From assembly GCF_009914755.1 (NCBI RefSeq), contig NC_060937.1: a DNA stretch of 64,000 nucleotides. One strand, 5' to 3'. The position numbers and the translations under genes are program-made. This document shows positions 1 to 14,062 of this stretch, piece by piece. Position 1 is the first letter of the stretch; each line of letters starts with the position of its first letter. This stretch comes from the human T2T-CHM13v2.0 reference genome, Homo sapiens. The notes below the pieces were generated by a model. The model did not search any database. It was not told the origin of the DNA and saw nothing but the letters and a program-made list of their open reading frames with translations.

Positions 1-939
1 TCATCCCTTTGAATGAATTTAAATAAACAGAGGTACTCAGCCTTGAATCAAACCTGCCTATCTCATACATTGTGTCTCAGCTTAAGGAACTGTGTGCTTT
101 TAGCCTGCTTCTGACACAAAGTCTCAAAGTAATAACTCAGTTCTAATAAACAATCTTCACCTTTATTCCCCGGGTATAAAAATCTTTAAAATCTCACAGT
201 GCAGGAAAAACATGTGATTCTACAAAGAACTTTTATCCCACAATAAAAGACCATTAAGTCAAATACCATGATCTATAATAATCTAACTTGGAAACTATGG
301 TGATGAAGTTTCAAAATGTTAACTGCTAATTCCAAATGCCAAATGTGATCTCTGTTAAACTATACTTTCAATTAGAAAAAATAAAATTAGGATTTCAGTG
401 TTAATCACAATTTTGACACTATGAGCCCTGAACATTTACCTACAAATTACTGAAAAGTAGAAGGAAAGAGGAAAGTGCAACTCAAGTTCGACATGAATTA
501 GTAAAGACTCCATAACCTGTAGTAATATCTGAGGGTCTTTTTCTAATCTATTTTGTCCACAATGTCTCTGGCTCAATCGTTATCAGTGTTATTTCACTAT
601 CTTCTTATAGAGAAATGTGATATATCAGGATGCATGAGAAAAAAGGCACTAACACTAAAAGTCTCACTTTATCAGAACCCGTTTCCCCACTCTCATTCTG
701 CTGTGTGTTGCTACAATCCAGCTTTGGAGCATGAACTCTCACACTCCCACTGTATTCCTTCCATTGAAATTAAAGAAATGCAACTCATCAAACATTTGGC
801 AGCTTCGTATCTAACGCTCACATTTCAGTGTCTCCTTTGATGTTGTAAGAGAAGCAGATGCTTCTACATGAGAAAGCAAGATAGGGAGCCATGTATTTTT
901 ACTTTTACTTTAACTATCTCTCAATGTGATCACCTTACC

Positions 940-1595
940 TGGATTTTAGGATCTTTCTAAACTAGAAAGACTCTATTGTCACAACGTAATGTCTGAAATG
1001 AATGATTAAAGGAAGATACCCACATTATGTGAAGTGAATTAAATCTAAATCTTAAATCTCTATCATAAAATTATTCTGTAATGAATTAGGAGTTTCAATT
1101 AAAACATGCAAAGGAAATTTTTGTTCTATTTGAATTTATTGGGACTATGATCTTCAGTTCCGAGCATTATATTTAAGAAGAAACTGATCCAATAGAAATA
1201 TAAGCAGAAGAAGATCACCAGGTTGGTCAAGAAATATGAAACCATATGAAATAGAGAAGTGTTGAAGTAACTGGGGAGGTTTACGTTGGAAAAAATGAAT
1301 ATTCAGGAGGGATGAGATGATTATGTTAAAGTGTCACTCAAAAAGGAGGATTATATTTATCTAATACTTAAACTTTACCCATTGGATTTAAAATAAACCC
1401 AATGGATAAAAATTCTAGGTAAAGAAACACTAAGTATAAAAAATATTATTTAAAGCTGACAAATTACATGTTGGATTTCTCTGAAAAAGGAAGGGTTGCC
1501 TTAGAAGGTAATTCCCTATTACTACAGAAGTTCAAAGAAGGTTTACAATAACCCAGTGGCCAGTTCTGTAAAATGGATTCCAACATTGGATGACT
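940..1595 (+). mobile_element. L3/CR1 LINE 3' fragment (ancient, degraded)
   Basis: CR1-like runs: ttcagttccgagcattatatttaagaag...caccaggttggt...gaaaccatatgaa...gttgaagtaactggggaggttta, and gggttgccttagaaggta...gttcaaagaagg. Confidence 0.65.
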
Positions 1596-3404
1596 GAGAA
1601 GGCCAGATGGCTACTGGGCTTATTTGCAACTAGTGACTTTATTGTTGCCTTTGTTCTGATTATAAAGACAGAGTTATTAGAAAAGTGAGAAGAAGCTTCC
1701 AAATACTGCATTTCAAGCATAGAAATAAATAAGTTACTATTACTACAATTAGAAAATGACATTCATTTTCCCATTCTCTTAAAGCAGATTATTTCAACTG
1801 ATTTTACAGTCATCTTAAAGGGTCAAAGGAAAATGTTAAGTAGACAAATTGTTAGGAATAAAATAGTACACAATTGTGTTTGACTTTATTTCCAGTTTTG
1901 TCAATTCTTTATGAAACTGAACTAAAAGAGGTCCTGGAAATGAGAATTTCATCCTGTGAGTTTTTATAGAGCAAGTTGAAAAAGCACATAGGAGGACAGT
2001 TGAGAAGTTTTAGGTCGATAAAAGAAAAAAGAAAAAAAAACAAGTCTGAATGTACACCAAACTACAAAGCAAAAAGTGGTATTGGAGAAGCAATTTTAAC
2101 TTTTTTCTTATTTGTTCATAATACTTGAAATTTGTCCCAATGACTTTGCATTATTCTTTAAAGGTACATAAAAATAATTTTTAAGTAAAGCTAACAGATG
2201 ACGTATACATCTTCAGTACTCAATAAATATGAATGACGCTTATTATAAAAGTACAATATACTCCAAATATATTCATACCCTTTTGAACAGAATTTTACCG
2301 TACATATGACTTAATTTTGGATTATACTGTGAATAAAATGTCGATTAAGTATAAATATACACCAAAGTAATGAAAAAGGGAAAGTAATGTACTATTCCTG
2401 TCTTCATGAAGCTTATAATGAAAAAGAACTGAAAAGAAATACATCCATAAAATAACTAAAGGGCATATTTGCCAAGCAACATAATAACAGAGTGAGGTTC
2501 CATAGATAATATTATAAACTATGCACATAAATGTTTTTTAAAAATCCTGAATAAAGACAGGGTTAAAATTAGGTGAGGTTACACAAAAAAATATTTTCTA
2601 AATGAGGTAGGGATGTTATTGCAAGTTTTAAAAAAATAAACTAATAACAAAGTCAGATTAATTATAAATTGTATGACTCCTCCTCTATCATTCTTTTCAT
2701 TATTAAATCATTTCATTGATTTTTTTTTTAAAAAAAACATTCATTTCCTCCATCTCCATTTCCAAGTCATTTGGTTTTGATTTGTTAATGACTGCTGTAG
2801 TTTAGCTATGAGGAGAGTTTTGTGTTATTTGGTGTTAGGCACCCAGATGATGGATTAGTGGTTCTTAGGCACACCGTTTTAAAACATCTTGTCAAAAATA
2901 CACTTTGCTCAAACTTGCATTTGAAACAAAAGAGGCCACAACAGGACAGCTGCCACTGCAGCTACGTGGTGGACTATTCTAGCTCCTACATCTATGATGT
3001 AGAGATGTTTTTGATGACAGAATAGGTAACTGCATGCATTAATAATGACCCTTACACTTTTATTACTTTTTTTTACTTTTATTGCTTTTTAATAGAAGGT
3101 AATCTTGAGTCTAATTTATTACAGACACTCATACCTATTTTAAGGCTAAATTGCCCATTTCTGTGAAATCAAAGATCTAAGCATTCACTAAATTATAGCT
3201 ACTGTAGATTTCATTTCCACTTTCACCACAGGAAGAGGGAAAAGGAAAGGGAAAGAGAAAAGAAGGGTTAAATGTGTGCACGATGCTTCTTTTCATGTTT
3301 GTGGTAAAGAATGTATTGGATGGCTTAATTTTTTTGTGTTTTAAACCACATTTGCCTTTTCTCACTGTGGTGCGGTTGGAGCAACCATAGGTGTAGACGT
3401 GGAT

Positions 3405-3632
3405 TCTAATCATGATGTGCCTATTATGCATCTAGCACAGTGCTAGACACTTTCTCACACACACACGCACACTCCACACTTAATCCTCCAAACAATCCTA
3501 TAAGGAAGACAGTTTAGCTCCCTTTTTGAAGTTGAAAGAGGCACATTTAGAGAATTTAAATAATGAGCTTATTGCCAGAAATTTATAGCCTAGCCAGCAT
3601 TTTGGTTTCTGACTCTAAGTCCCACATGCATG
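3405..3632 (-). mobile_element. MIR SINE relic
   Basis: Antisense MIR pattern: ttaatcctccaaacaatcctataagg ... tctgactctaagtcccacatgc. Confidence 0.55.
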
Positions 3633-5517
3633 CAACTGAGAATCTGGCAGCCCTGCAGGTCTTGTGAGCACTGGGTGGGGACATCCTGCTCATGAATGTG
3701 GAGATGCCCATTCTCCTCAGTACTAGCTTCCCACTCCTGTGGCCTCTTCCAATACACTGGACTTCTAATAGCCTCTGCACTTCAGAAAGCAGATGTTCAG
3801 CTGCTCTGCCCCACACACTCACCCACATACACACCCTTCCTCTTAATTGTGCCTCAGTGCCTTGGGGTCCCCATCCCCGTTCCAATGAATGCCATGTCAT
3901 TGTTTGAAAGGCTTGCAGACTTTCAGAGCAGCATTCAGGCAGGAGTGGCACAAGCTTGTGACTCTTAACCCACCCACCGGAACCTATCCAAGTGTCCCAA
4001 CCCTACTTCCCGGGATTTCAAATCTGAGACATAAGATTCGAGTCTTTGGCTCTACTCTCCCTCCCAACTCCTCTCCTAGTCTTAAGAAGGGCTCCCCTCT
4101 GTCTTTCAGAAAGCAATTGACTTAGTGACTCATCCAACTTAGTCCATGGTTCTTAGTAAAAACATCTGCGTATTCAAAGCTTGGCTTTCAAGATTTTAAA
4201 GAAAATCATCATTTCCTCACTCAACAAAGTCAGAATTTTACAAATCAAAAGCGCTTGCTTTTAGACTATGATTTTCCAAAGAACTAAAAACATTGTATTT
4301 ATTTTAAAACTGAAAGGAATTTCCTTTTTTGTCTAGGGTTTTCTGAAAGAATGAATACCCCACTTTCAGTTGGGGGAGAGGCACAGGATAATTAAGGGAC
4401 AAAAAACATAGTTACAGGAAATAAGGCTATTGGGTGGATATTATCAAAAATTGTATCCTGATATTCTGGAATTTTCTTGTCCATTCTTAAGAGCATAATT
4501 TGAAATGTTTAAAAAGTAAAATTCAAATTTATTAAATATAGTTTTTATGTTTTATTTGGTATGACTTAACAATCATAAAAATTTTTAAGATGATTTAAAG
4601 TAATAACTCCATGACATCATCTCACAGCCTTTGAAACAGCATCTAAGGGGACCACGTAGAAATGATTGCCTTAAGGACTGTGAAGACACAATAGACCCCA
4701 AAATACCTCAAACTGGGTCGTCTGAAGCTTTAGATGTTTCTCTTTTTTTCATGTAATTTTCATTTCTCAGAAAATTTATCAAAAAGATGTCGCAAACTTT
4801 AGGCTTTTGGCAATTATTATACAGACACAAAGTTTATTTTACAAAATGGTAATTTTTCTATCAATATGTCCAGTAGCAGAACTATTGAAGATATGTGTTT
4901 CAGTTTTAAAAAAAAATCTATTTAAACACATTTATATTGTTTTAAAATTGAGTGTGGTGATATTCAAACTATCATTCTTTCCTGCAATGTCTGTTTGTGA
5001 ATATGATCTGTGTAATAGGCAATATTTAATTCAACCATATGTATTGATACTTGCTTTGTGTCAAATATTTTTCCAGAAGCTGGAATTGTAGTTGTAAATG
5101 AAACAGAAAACAAAATTCTTGACCACAGGTAGTGAGGGATGACAGTGAACAAATAAATAAGTAAAGTATGCCACATGGTAGACGGCCATTACAGTTACTA
5201 GACCTGGCCAACTGGGTTCCTGATCTGGGGTCCCCATTTTAGAAACACCTGTTCTGTCCTGTCACTGGCCACGAACCTCCTGTCTGGCAAGTAGTCTGCA
5301 GAATCAAAGGTATGTGCCGATGTGGAGGCCCAAAGACTGGGGTTTCTGCAGGCATGTACCTGTGTATTACTATCGGAGGAAACTGAGGTAAGAAGAATGA
5401 GAGGCTTAGGTTTTCCTTTGCATGCTAGCCCCAAGCCCTGCAAATATCAGAATATGAACTTCTGGGTTATTTTTATTGAATGGACTATTTTATATCTCTG
5501 TAGGGCTAGAAATTAAC

Positions 5518-5812
<295 letters not shown>

Positions 5813-6004
5813 CCTAGAAATTAACTTATAGAACAATCATAGTAGTGAAAATAATTAGTGTCCTTTACAATGCAAATGAATTTTATCTGGTAGAGTTCCA
5901 ATTGATTTCTCCCTTGTAGAAAAAATCACCCAAAACATTTTATTGCCCCAGAGAATATGTACCAGTTTTGCATCTATTACTTACTTCATTTTAGCCCTAC
6001 TGAC

Positions 6005-6058
6005 TGTATGTATATATATATATATGTCTATACATACATACACACATTTACACATACA
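6005..6058. repeat. (TA)n/(CATA)n low-complexity tract
   Basis: tgtatatatatatatatgtctatacatacatacacac. Confidence 0.8.
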
Positions 6059-7257
6059 TTCAGATTTTTGAGATTCCCTTTTGAACTGTTCTGAACATCT
6101 CATTGATTAATAAGATCTTGTTAATTAATTAGCACCCCCATTAACTAGTGCATTTAATGAATCTTTGATACAGGTTTATTTTTTATTTGCATCCAAGCCA
6201 TAATGAAATTTGTTTTTTTTAATTTTTGAAATTTATAAATTAGGAAGAGTTTAAAATTTAAAATAGAATGGAAGGTGACAGTTTCACTGGTAAGGTGATA
6301 TTTGGACAAAGGCTGAGGAAGGTAAGAGAGGAACACAAGATGAGACTGTTCCAAGTGGAGATAAAATCAAGTCCTAAGAGAGAAGATAGGAATCATGGAG
6401 AAAAAAAACTAATTCCCTCCTACCTCTCACAACCTAAGAAATATCTGTATACAATTTGGGGTTTGAAAGAAGATCAGACACAGGAAATAAACATTGTATG
6501 GATGTGGCTGTAGACATTTGGAGTGTATGTAATTTAAAAGTAGAATATCCGAATGTCTGTGGGGACACTGCCAAAGAAATCACTGACCTTGGAGGAAGGG
6601 GTAAAAGGATCCCTAATGAGATAACAATGACCATATGGTAAAATTTGCAGACAATGGGCAACTTAATCATGCTGCAATGTGGATCTTTTCTGCCTGGTTA
6701 TTTAGAATTACAGTTATAAAAAAAAATTTTTTTAACAATTTTGTCTAAGCCTTGAAAATAAGAAATTTTTTTAAAAATAGTAGTCTTAACAGGTCACCTA
6801 TTTGAATAATCATGTCTACTAGCCAGCAGAGATGCTATAATTTTCTTTCTAACAGAGTTTTGTCTTTAATTTTATATTAAAATAATCTTGTGATGTAGTT
6901 AAAGAGAATATTCGAAATTAAGGAACATGAACCTGGTCCCTAAATCATCAAAACCAAGATAGTCAGAGTCTTAGTCCATTTTCTGTTGCTATAACATAAT
7001 ACCACAGACTGGCAAATAATGAAGAATTAAGGTTTATTTGGTTCATAACTCGGGAGGCTGGGAAGTGCAAGCACTGCACCAGCATCTGACAGAAGGCAGA
7101 AGTGAGAGCATGGGACAGAGCAGAAACAGAGCCAAACTCATCCTTTTTATCAGGTACTCACTCCCTTGTTAATGGCAGTAATTCAATTATGAAGGCAGAG
7201 GCCTCATGGCCTAACCACCTCTTATAGTCCCAACTCTTAACACTGCTGACTGGAGAC

Positions 7258-7974
<717 letters not shown>

Positions 7975-9444
7975 GGGACTAAGTTTCCAACACCTGAACT
8001 TTGGAGGACACATTCAAACCATAGTAGTTAGTTAGGTTAATTCACTGTATTACATTTTAGAAGGCATAGAGATAGTAGTAAATTTAAAAAGTAATTTAAA
8101 AAAAGAAAAGAAATTTCCTACTTCGACAAGGTTTCCTATCTATAATAGTTCACTAAAATGGAGCGGTTACCGTCTTGCTTTTTATTTTGCTACAGACATG
8201 AACAAGACTCAGATGTAAGAAAGTTGATTTATGCATACAAAGCAGTTAATTTTTATTTCTTGTCTACAAGCAATGTTTAGAACTACAGCAATGTTCTAAA
8301 AGCCTCTTTATGAATGTCAAACCACACATGAAAATAAAATAAAAATGTCATCAGCAAATAAGTCATTTCACATACTTTTGAAAGTAGACAGGGGTAGGGT
8401 GTCTGACCAGTTTTCACTCTTGTATTTGAGCTCTCCTGTGTGAGAGATACCAGTCTGACATTTGAAAACATGGGCCAGAGGATGAAGACACAAGACTGTT
8501 TTGAAATCTTTGTGTGTCTCTGCCTTTCCTTTAAATGTGTATTTGGTTGCAGCAGTGTAATAGGTGACTGCACAGATGAAAGAAGCAGCATTTATTTCCA
8601 GGGTCACAAGCAGAGCCAGAGTCTCCTCTATCATTTTCCTAATCAGCATTTCTAGTGAGCTTACAACAAAAGTAAACCTTTGCCCTCTTCCAGAACGCAG
8701 CACAGTAAACAATGCGCAAGAAAGTAAGGTGTACAAAGAATGCTTTCGCATATTGCATAAAATACTATCATAATGATTACGTGAGAACATGTATCTGACC
8801 TTGTCTTAGCTATACAGACATGGGTGCTCATCCCCAGGACATTTCAGAGTCTAGTAAACAGGAATGATAAGGCAAATGATCTGAATAACATTGACTCCAT
8901 TCATAGCTGCCCTTAATAGCCAGGGTCATGAATGCATCATAGCAGCTGGAAGACGACCTGTAGGAAAAGGCCACCAATGACGCTCTCAGGAAGTAAAATA
9001 AAGAGCTAAGAGAAGCACAGAAAAAGAAGCCCTGCTGCCTTTACATATCTCAAAACTTGAGAAGAATTTATGTACAATTTGGAAGTTTGGGGATGCAGTC
9101 AGGATACCAACAAGCAAATGGGTTGTAGATATCTCGTGGGTGGAATGGAGATTTGATTTCAGGAAACCTCCGAGAAGTTTTAAGACAGCTGGAGTGAAAG
9201 AACCCTTTTGACCTACAGGGATTCACAAAAATGTGTCATTGGGCAAAATGTCAGAAATAAAGGGAAAAAACTACTAAGTTAATATTACTCTTCCTGGTTT
9301 AAAATAACTAAACTTACTTAGTCTTAGTAAAGTTCAGATTATATGCTGGGGGGCAACTATTACCTACTGTAGTGTCATGGATATTTCTACATAAACCAAA
9401 TATCCACAACATTCTTAATCCAGGTCTTTTGGGGCATCAATGAA

Positions 9445-9447
<3 letters not shown>

Positions 9448-9491
<44 letters not shown>
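9448..9491. repeat. (GT)22 microsatellite
   Basis: Perfect GT run. Confidence 0.97.
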
Positions 9492-9493
<2 letters not shown>

Positions 9494-9654
9494 ATCAATA
9501 GGAGAAAATTATTTTTGTTAATGTCATTGTATTTTAAACTTTCTGATTTTGATTTACCAAAGGAATTGGTAAATTTGAAGGAAGCAATAACCATCTTCAA
9601 AATTCACACTTTTAAATTAGTGTCTTTTTCTATATATCATTCATAACTATAGTT

Positions 9655-10630
9655 TATCCAATTTATTTTTATCAAATACCTACTCTCCCCCAGGCTCTGA
9701 ACACAGAGGATAGAGCAATAAAATAAAACAGTGAAAGTATTAAAAAGTATTCTGATGGAGTTTGCATTCTATAAGGGTAGAAAAAGAATAAACAAGTATA
9801 TAAAATGAAAGGTAGGGATTAAGTGCCTTGAGAAAGAAAATGGTAGGATGATGAGAATAGGGGTGGGAGTTGCCCCTATTCTCCCTATGGGAAAGTGATG
9901 TGATATCAGCAGACTACGGCCAGGGGAGATTACTCTAGGGTGAGATATGACCCAAAATTTGAAGGAAGTAAGAGAAAAGGCCACAAGGATATCTGACTGT
10001 GATGGCTTTTTTGAGGTGTCAGCTTGGCAAAGCTACAGTTCCCAGTTATTCAAACACTAATCTAGGTGTTGCTGTGAAGTTATTTTGCACGTTAATTAAA
10101 CTCCCGAGGCAGTTGATTTTAATAACGCATATCATCCTGGAAAATAATGGTTGACTCAACTTAATCAGTTGAAAGGACTTAAAAGTAGGACTGAGACTTC
10201 CCAGAGAGAGAAAAACAATTCTGCCCATAACAGCTTCAGCCCATGCCAGTGGAATTCCGCCATGCTTACTATGCTCCCTCCCTGGCCACCTGCCTGCCCT
10301 ACGATGTTCAGATTGGCTTAGCCAAGCCCCTCAAGTGCCAATCCCATGTACTAAACAGTTTTATGTCCTATGGGTTCTATCTCTCATTGAACTCTGGCTG
10401 ATACACTTGAGAAGAGCATTCCAGGCCCTGAGTTAAGAAGTTGCTTGGCAGGTCCGGGAGACAGCACAGAGGCCACTGTGGCTTCAGCAAAGGGAGCAGA
10501 CAGGAATGGTGGGAGAAATAAATAATTTTTGCTCTGGACACATTAGACACCGAAGTGGAGAAGCCAAATGGGCATTTGGATAGATCTATCTAGAGTTTGG
10601 GACAGAGTCTGGATTGCAGATATAAATTTC
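9655..10630 (-). mobile_element. L2 LINE fragment split by MLT2 LTR
   Basis: atttatttttatcaaatacctac...ctgatggagtttgcattcta; resumes gaagagcattccagg...gaggccactgtggct after 10405. Confidence 0.6.
9998..10405 (+). mobile_element. MLT2-family (ERVL) solo LTR
   Basis: tgtgatgg...gtgtcagcttggc...aacactaatctaggtgttgctgtgaag...aatcagttgaaagg...ctgataca; TG..CA ends. Confidence 0.8.
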
Positions 10631-11732
10631 AATCTTTATGTACTGCTCTCTTATTCAAACTATTCTATAGTAGCAACCCAATTTCCTGTAGATAATACCA
10701 AACATCCCGATAACCTCAGGAAGTCAAGTAACTTTTTTTGTAAAATGTGATGCCATTCAAACTAAGGTATTCAACAAGTAACATAGTCAATGCCAAAACC
10801 TCTAATCCTTCTGTGAAAAACGCAGGACATAAAAATACATAACACTAAACATCAAGATGCTGTGACATTTTGCTATAAGACTAGAATATGGGACAAGTAT
10901 AAAACATAGATTACAAGCTTTCCTTATAATAAAAATGTGCTTCATATATATGGTTATGCTTAAAGGATACATTATCATTGGGAAATAGAAGAGGAATAAA
11001 ACATTTTTGTAGTTTCATAATTGCCTAAAAGTTTTTTATACAGATGTATGGGCTTTGAAGAAGTTGGCTTGAAATGAAAAAAAAAAGCATGTTTATTCTT
11101 AACTCCTTTGTGAAAATGTTTTAAGGTAGCTAATTCTTCAGGAAATATGGCATGGTCCACTGCCAGTTAGAATAAATTAATGCATCATTTTCCCCGGGAA
11201 ATATCTCACACCTGTTTCTAATATTTGTTCCTTTGGACTAATTCCATGCACTTGGTTCACTGATTTCTCCTTTTTAGGTCTCCCTAGTCAAAAAGAGTAG
11301 GGCATGACTACTAAACTCAGGTGGTCTAGAAATCTTCGTCACTGTTGAATTGTGGTTGACCCTAGTGGGTTGGGGTGGATACGTTGTTTAACAAAACACA
11401 CCACCCACCTTCTTTAAAGACGGAGACCACACAGTCCTACTTTCTCCATTCACATAGTTGGCTAATAAGATGCAAACATTAATGTTGCTTCTTCAAAGAG
11501 AATAATACAGCAACTTTCAACCTAAACATGAACTTTTATGCTCCAAGGAAAGCAGGCAGTGCTAAATCTCTTTTTGTGGTTCTGAAATCCAACTAAAGAC
11601 AACCTGAAAAAAAAAGTGGTGGACATTTGAATGAATTTATCCTGACAATGTAGTGAAGCTATATTTCCATTTCTGTAGTGAATTTCTGCCATTTGATTGA
11701 AAGCCATAAAAGCAGAAATAAATTGGATCTTG

Positions 11733-12420
11733 GATTCATTCATGCATGCAGGCAAAAAAACATTTATTCAATGTTTATTTTGAAAGACAGAATCCTTGCT
11801 TTTATAAAGGCCACATCTCATGAGAAAAGCAGCTAAAACCACTACAGAAATATGACCAGTGTTAGAAAAGAGTTTGCAGGGAGAGTTTGCTACTGAATCA
11901 CAAAGAAAGGAGAATCTTGGGATGAAGGAAAATCATGGATAATAGTCCAGGAGATTTAAGCTAAGTTGAGCCTTGGGACCAGTAGAAGCTAGTTAAGTGG
12001 TGAGAGTTTTCCATGATGAAGATAAAATCTGGAACGTCAGAAGTAGTGACTGCGTTCAGAGGATTTTAGGCAATTCTATGGGGCTGGCACATGGCCATTT
12101 GTGGAAATTGGGTGACAGATGGCAAGAGATAATAGCTGGATAGGCAGGTATTTAATAACGAGTTCATCATAGCTACACTTGGTTATTTGGATTTTGTCTA
12201 AAGGCTTGGTTAGCCTCTGAAAGATTTTATACTGTAAGGTCACATGCTTGCATGCACATTTTAGGTGCTCTGGCAGCCTTGCGTTGATTGGGAGGGTGTC
12301 AGGTTGGAGATAGGACAGATATGGAATAAGCATCATAAATAAGATAGTGATAGTGGGAATAAAAGAAAAGAGGTGAATTTAGGAAATATGTAAGGGAAAC
12401 TTCAAAGAGTTTTTATGACA
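11733..12420 (-). mobile_element. Degraded L2 fragment
   Basis: attcattcatgc...catttattcaatg 3' end signature and further L2-like runs (ttggattttgtctaaagg, cattttaggtgctctggcagc). Confidence 0.45.
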
Positions 12421-12440
12421 TGTTTCTAAATATAACAAAG

Positions 12441-12817
12441 TATATTAGCAAACTAGGGCTGCCATAACAAAAAATACAGACTGAGTGACTGAAACAACAG
12501 AAGTTTGTTTCTCAAAGATCTGGAGGCTGGACGTCCAAGACCAAGGCATCAGTAAGTTTTTGTTTTTCCTGAAGCTTCTCTCCTTGGCTTATGGATGGCT
12601 GCATTCTCTCTGTGTCCTCACATGGCCTTTCCTCTGTGCATACCCCCGGCATCTCTTCCTCTTCTTATAAGGACACCAATCCTATTGAATTAGAGCCCCA
12701 TCCTTATCATGTAATTTAACCTTATATACCTTCTTAAGGGCTCTGTTTCCGAACAGTCACGTTGGGGTTAGGCCTTCAACTTATGAACTTTGAGGGCCAT
12801 AATTCTGTCCAGTACTA
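12441..12817 (-). mobile_element. MLT1A/B-like MaLR solo LTR
   Basis: ctagggctgccataacaaaa...ctggaggctggacgtccaag...tcttataaggacacc...cagtcacgttggggttagg...ttcaacttatgaa. Confidence 0.85.
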
Positions 12818-13517
12818 AATGAGGACTGTTCTCAAATTTTAGAGAGTATGAATCACATGATTAGATTTCTGGGGATATGAAGATGACAATCACATGGCTC
12901 TAAAACCTTGGTGAGAGCCTCTACATCTTTTCCCCATCCTCCAGATAACCAGTAAGGATTTGAGGGTCTGGAGAGCACACAGTCACAGGACGGGGCAGCC
13001 TGTGTGTTCCTGGGTGAAGACAAGGAAGAGCAGGGCCCTTACGTTCCTGTACTGAGCTGTCACGGGAGCAAGGGAAGAGATGCTATTTTTAAAATACATT
13101 GAAAAATAGTTATATTGAATAAATTGATATTGAATTTGAATGAAATGAGCACAATAACTACATAAACTATAAATCTCAGGGGTAAGGATCATTCACAATC
13201 AGTTAAGTGATTTTGCCACTGGAAGTGATATTTTAAAACATGATTACCCTTTGTTTCAAGCACATCCACATCCACTGCAAGAGTTAAATTAGACTGCTGA
13301 TGCTAATAATCTAAAACTACAATCTTTGTTACCTTAAAAGAAAATGTCGTTTACTACTAGGAATTCAAGAGGAATATTTTAGGACCTTTGATCAGAAGCT
13401 TTCAATGCTTGCAATACTACTTTGGTATACATAAAAGTTCAACTAAGACTAGGAAAGAATGTTTCCTTTTTCTATTGAAGACAGGATCTTAGAAGTACTC
13501 AAGTGAGCTACGTGTCT

Positions 13518-13695
13518 TTTTAAGTTTTATTTTATTTTTAATTGACATAAATAATTGTACTATTTATGGGGCACAATGTGGTGTTTCCATGAGTGTATAC
13601 ATCGTGCAGTGATCAAATCGGTGTAATTAGAAAATTTATTACCTTAAACATTTACCATTTATTGTAGTGAGAACTTTCAAAATCTTCTTTTCTAT
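13518..13695 (-). mobile_element. L1MA-type 3' end fragment
   Basis: T-rich tail, attgacataaataattgtac...gatcaaatcggtgtaattag...gtgagaactttcaaaatc. Confidence 0.75.
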
Positions 13696-13809
13696 ATAGG
13701 AACTAGCTAGACAACAACATATTACCAATACATGACTCTCTTATATTAGCAACAAACCAAATTTGAAAAGCCTTAGGCAATATTACAAAAACAAAACATT
13801 TAGAGTAAT

Positions 13810-14062
13810 ATTTTTAAAGTTTTGAAAATTTCTTTAGTTGTATAATTATAATTGACAAATTATATTTGTATATTCTCATGGGGTAGAAGATATAATCTTA
13901 TAATCTAAGAATGCAATGTAGAATAATTAAATCAAGTAAATTAACATAACAATCATCTCACATGCATCATTTTTGTGGTGAGAACATTTGAAATTTACTC
14001 TCTTAAGAATTTTGAAATGTACTGTGTTATTGTTTACTATATTTACTATACTGTGCAATATA
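13810..14062 (-). mobile_element. Second L1MA-type 3' end fragment
   Basis: aatcaagtaaattaacata...ttttgtggtgagaacatttgaaatttactctcttaag...tttgaaatgtac. Confidence 0.75.

Noticed and set aside
3583-4125. Overlapping ORFs in a GC-richer patch
   Set aside because: ORFs are open in several frames because of local base composition; no homology or splice framework is evident.
5300-5395. Two plus-strand donor-like sites (AAG|GTATGT and GAG|GTAAGA)
   Set aside because: No convincing upstream pyrimidine-rich acceptor; isolated donors are common by chance.
8196-8214. 19-nt micro-exon (ttttattttgctacag|...|gtaaga)
   Set aside because: Lies in a MIR-like relic whose ttttacag motif mimics an acceptor, and the length is not frame-preserving.
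8368-8790. Longest ORF (140 aa, minus strand)
   Set aside because: No recognisable protein; this length is plausible by chance in 64 kb.
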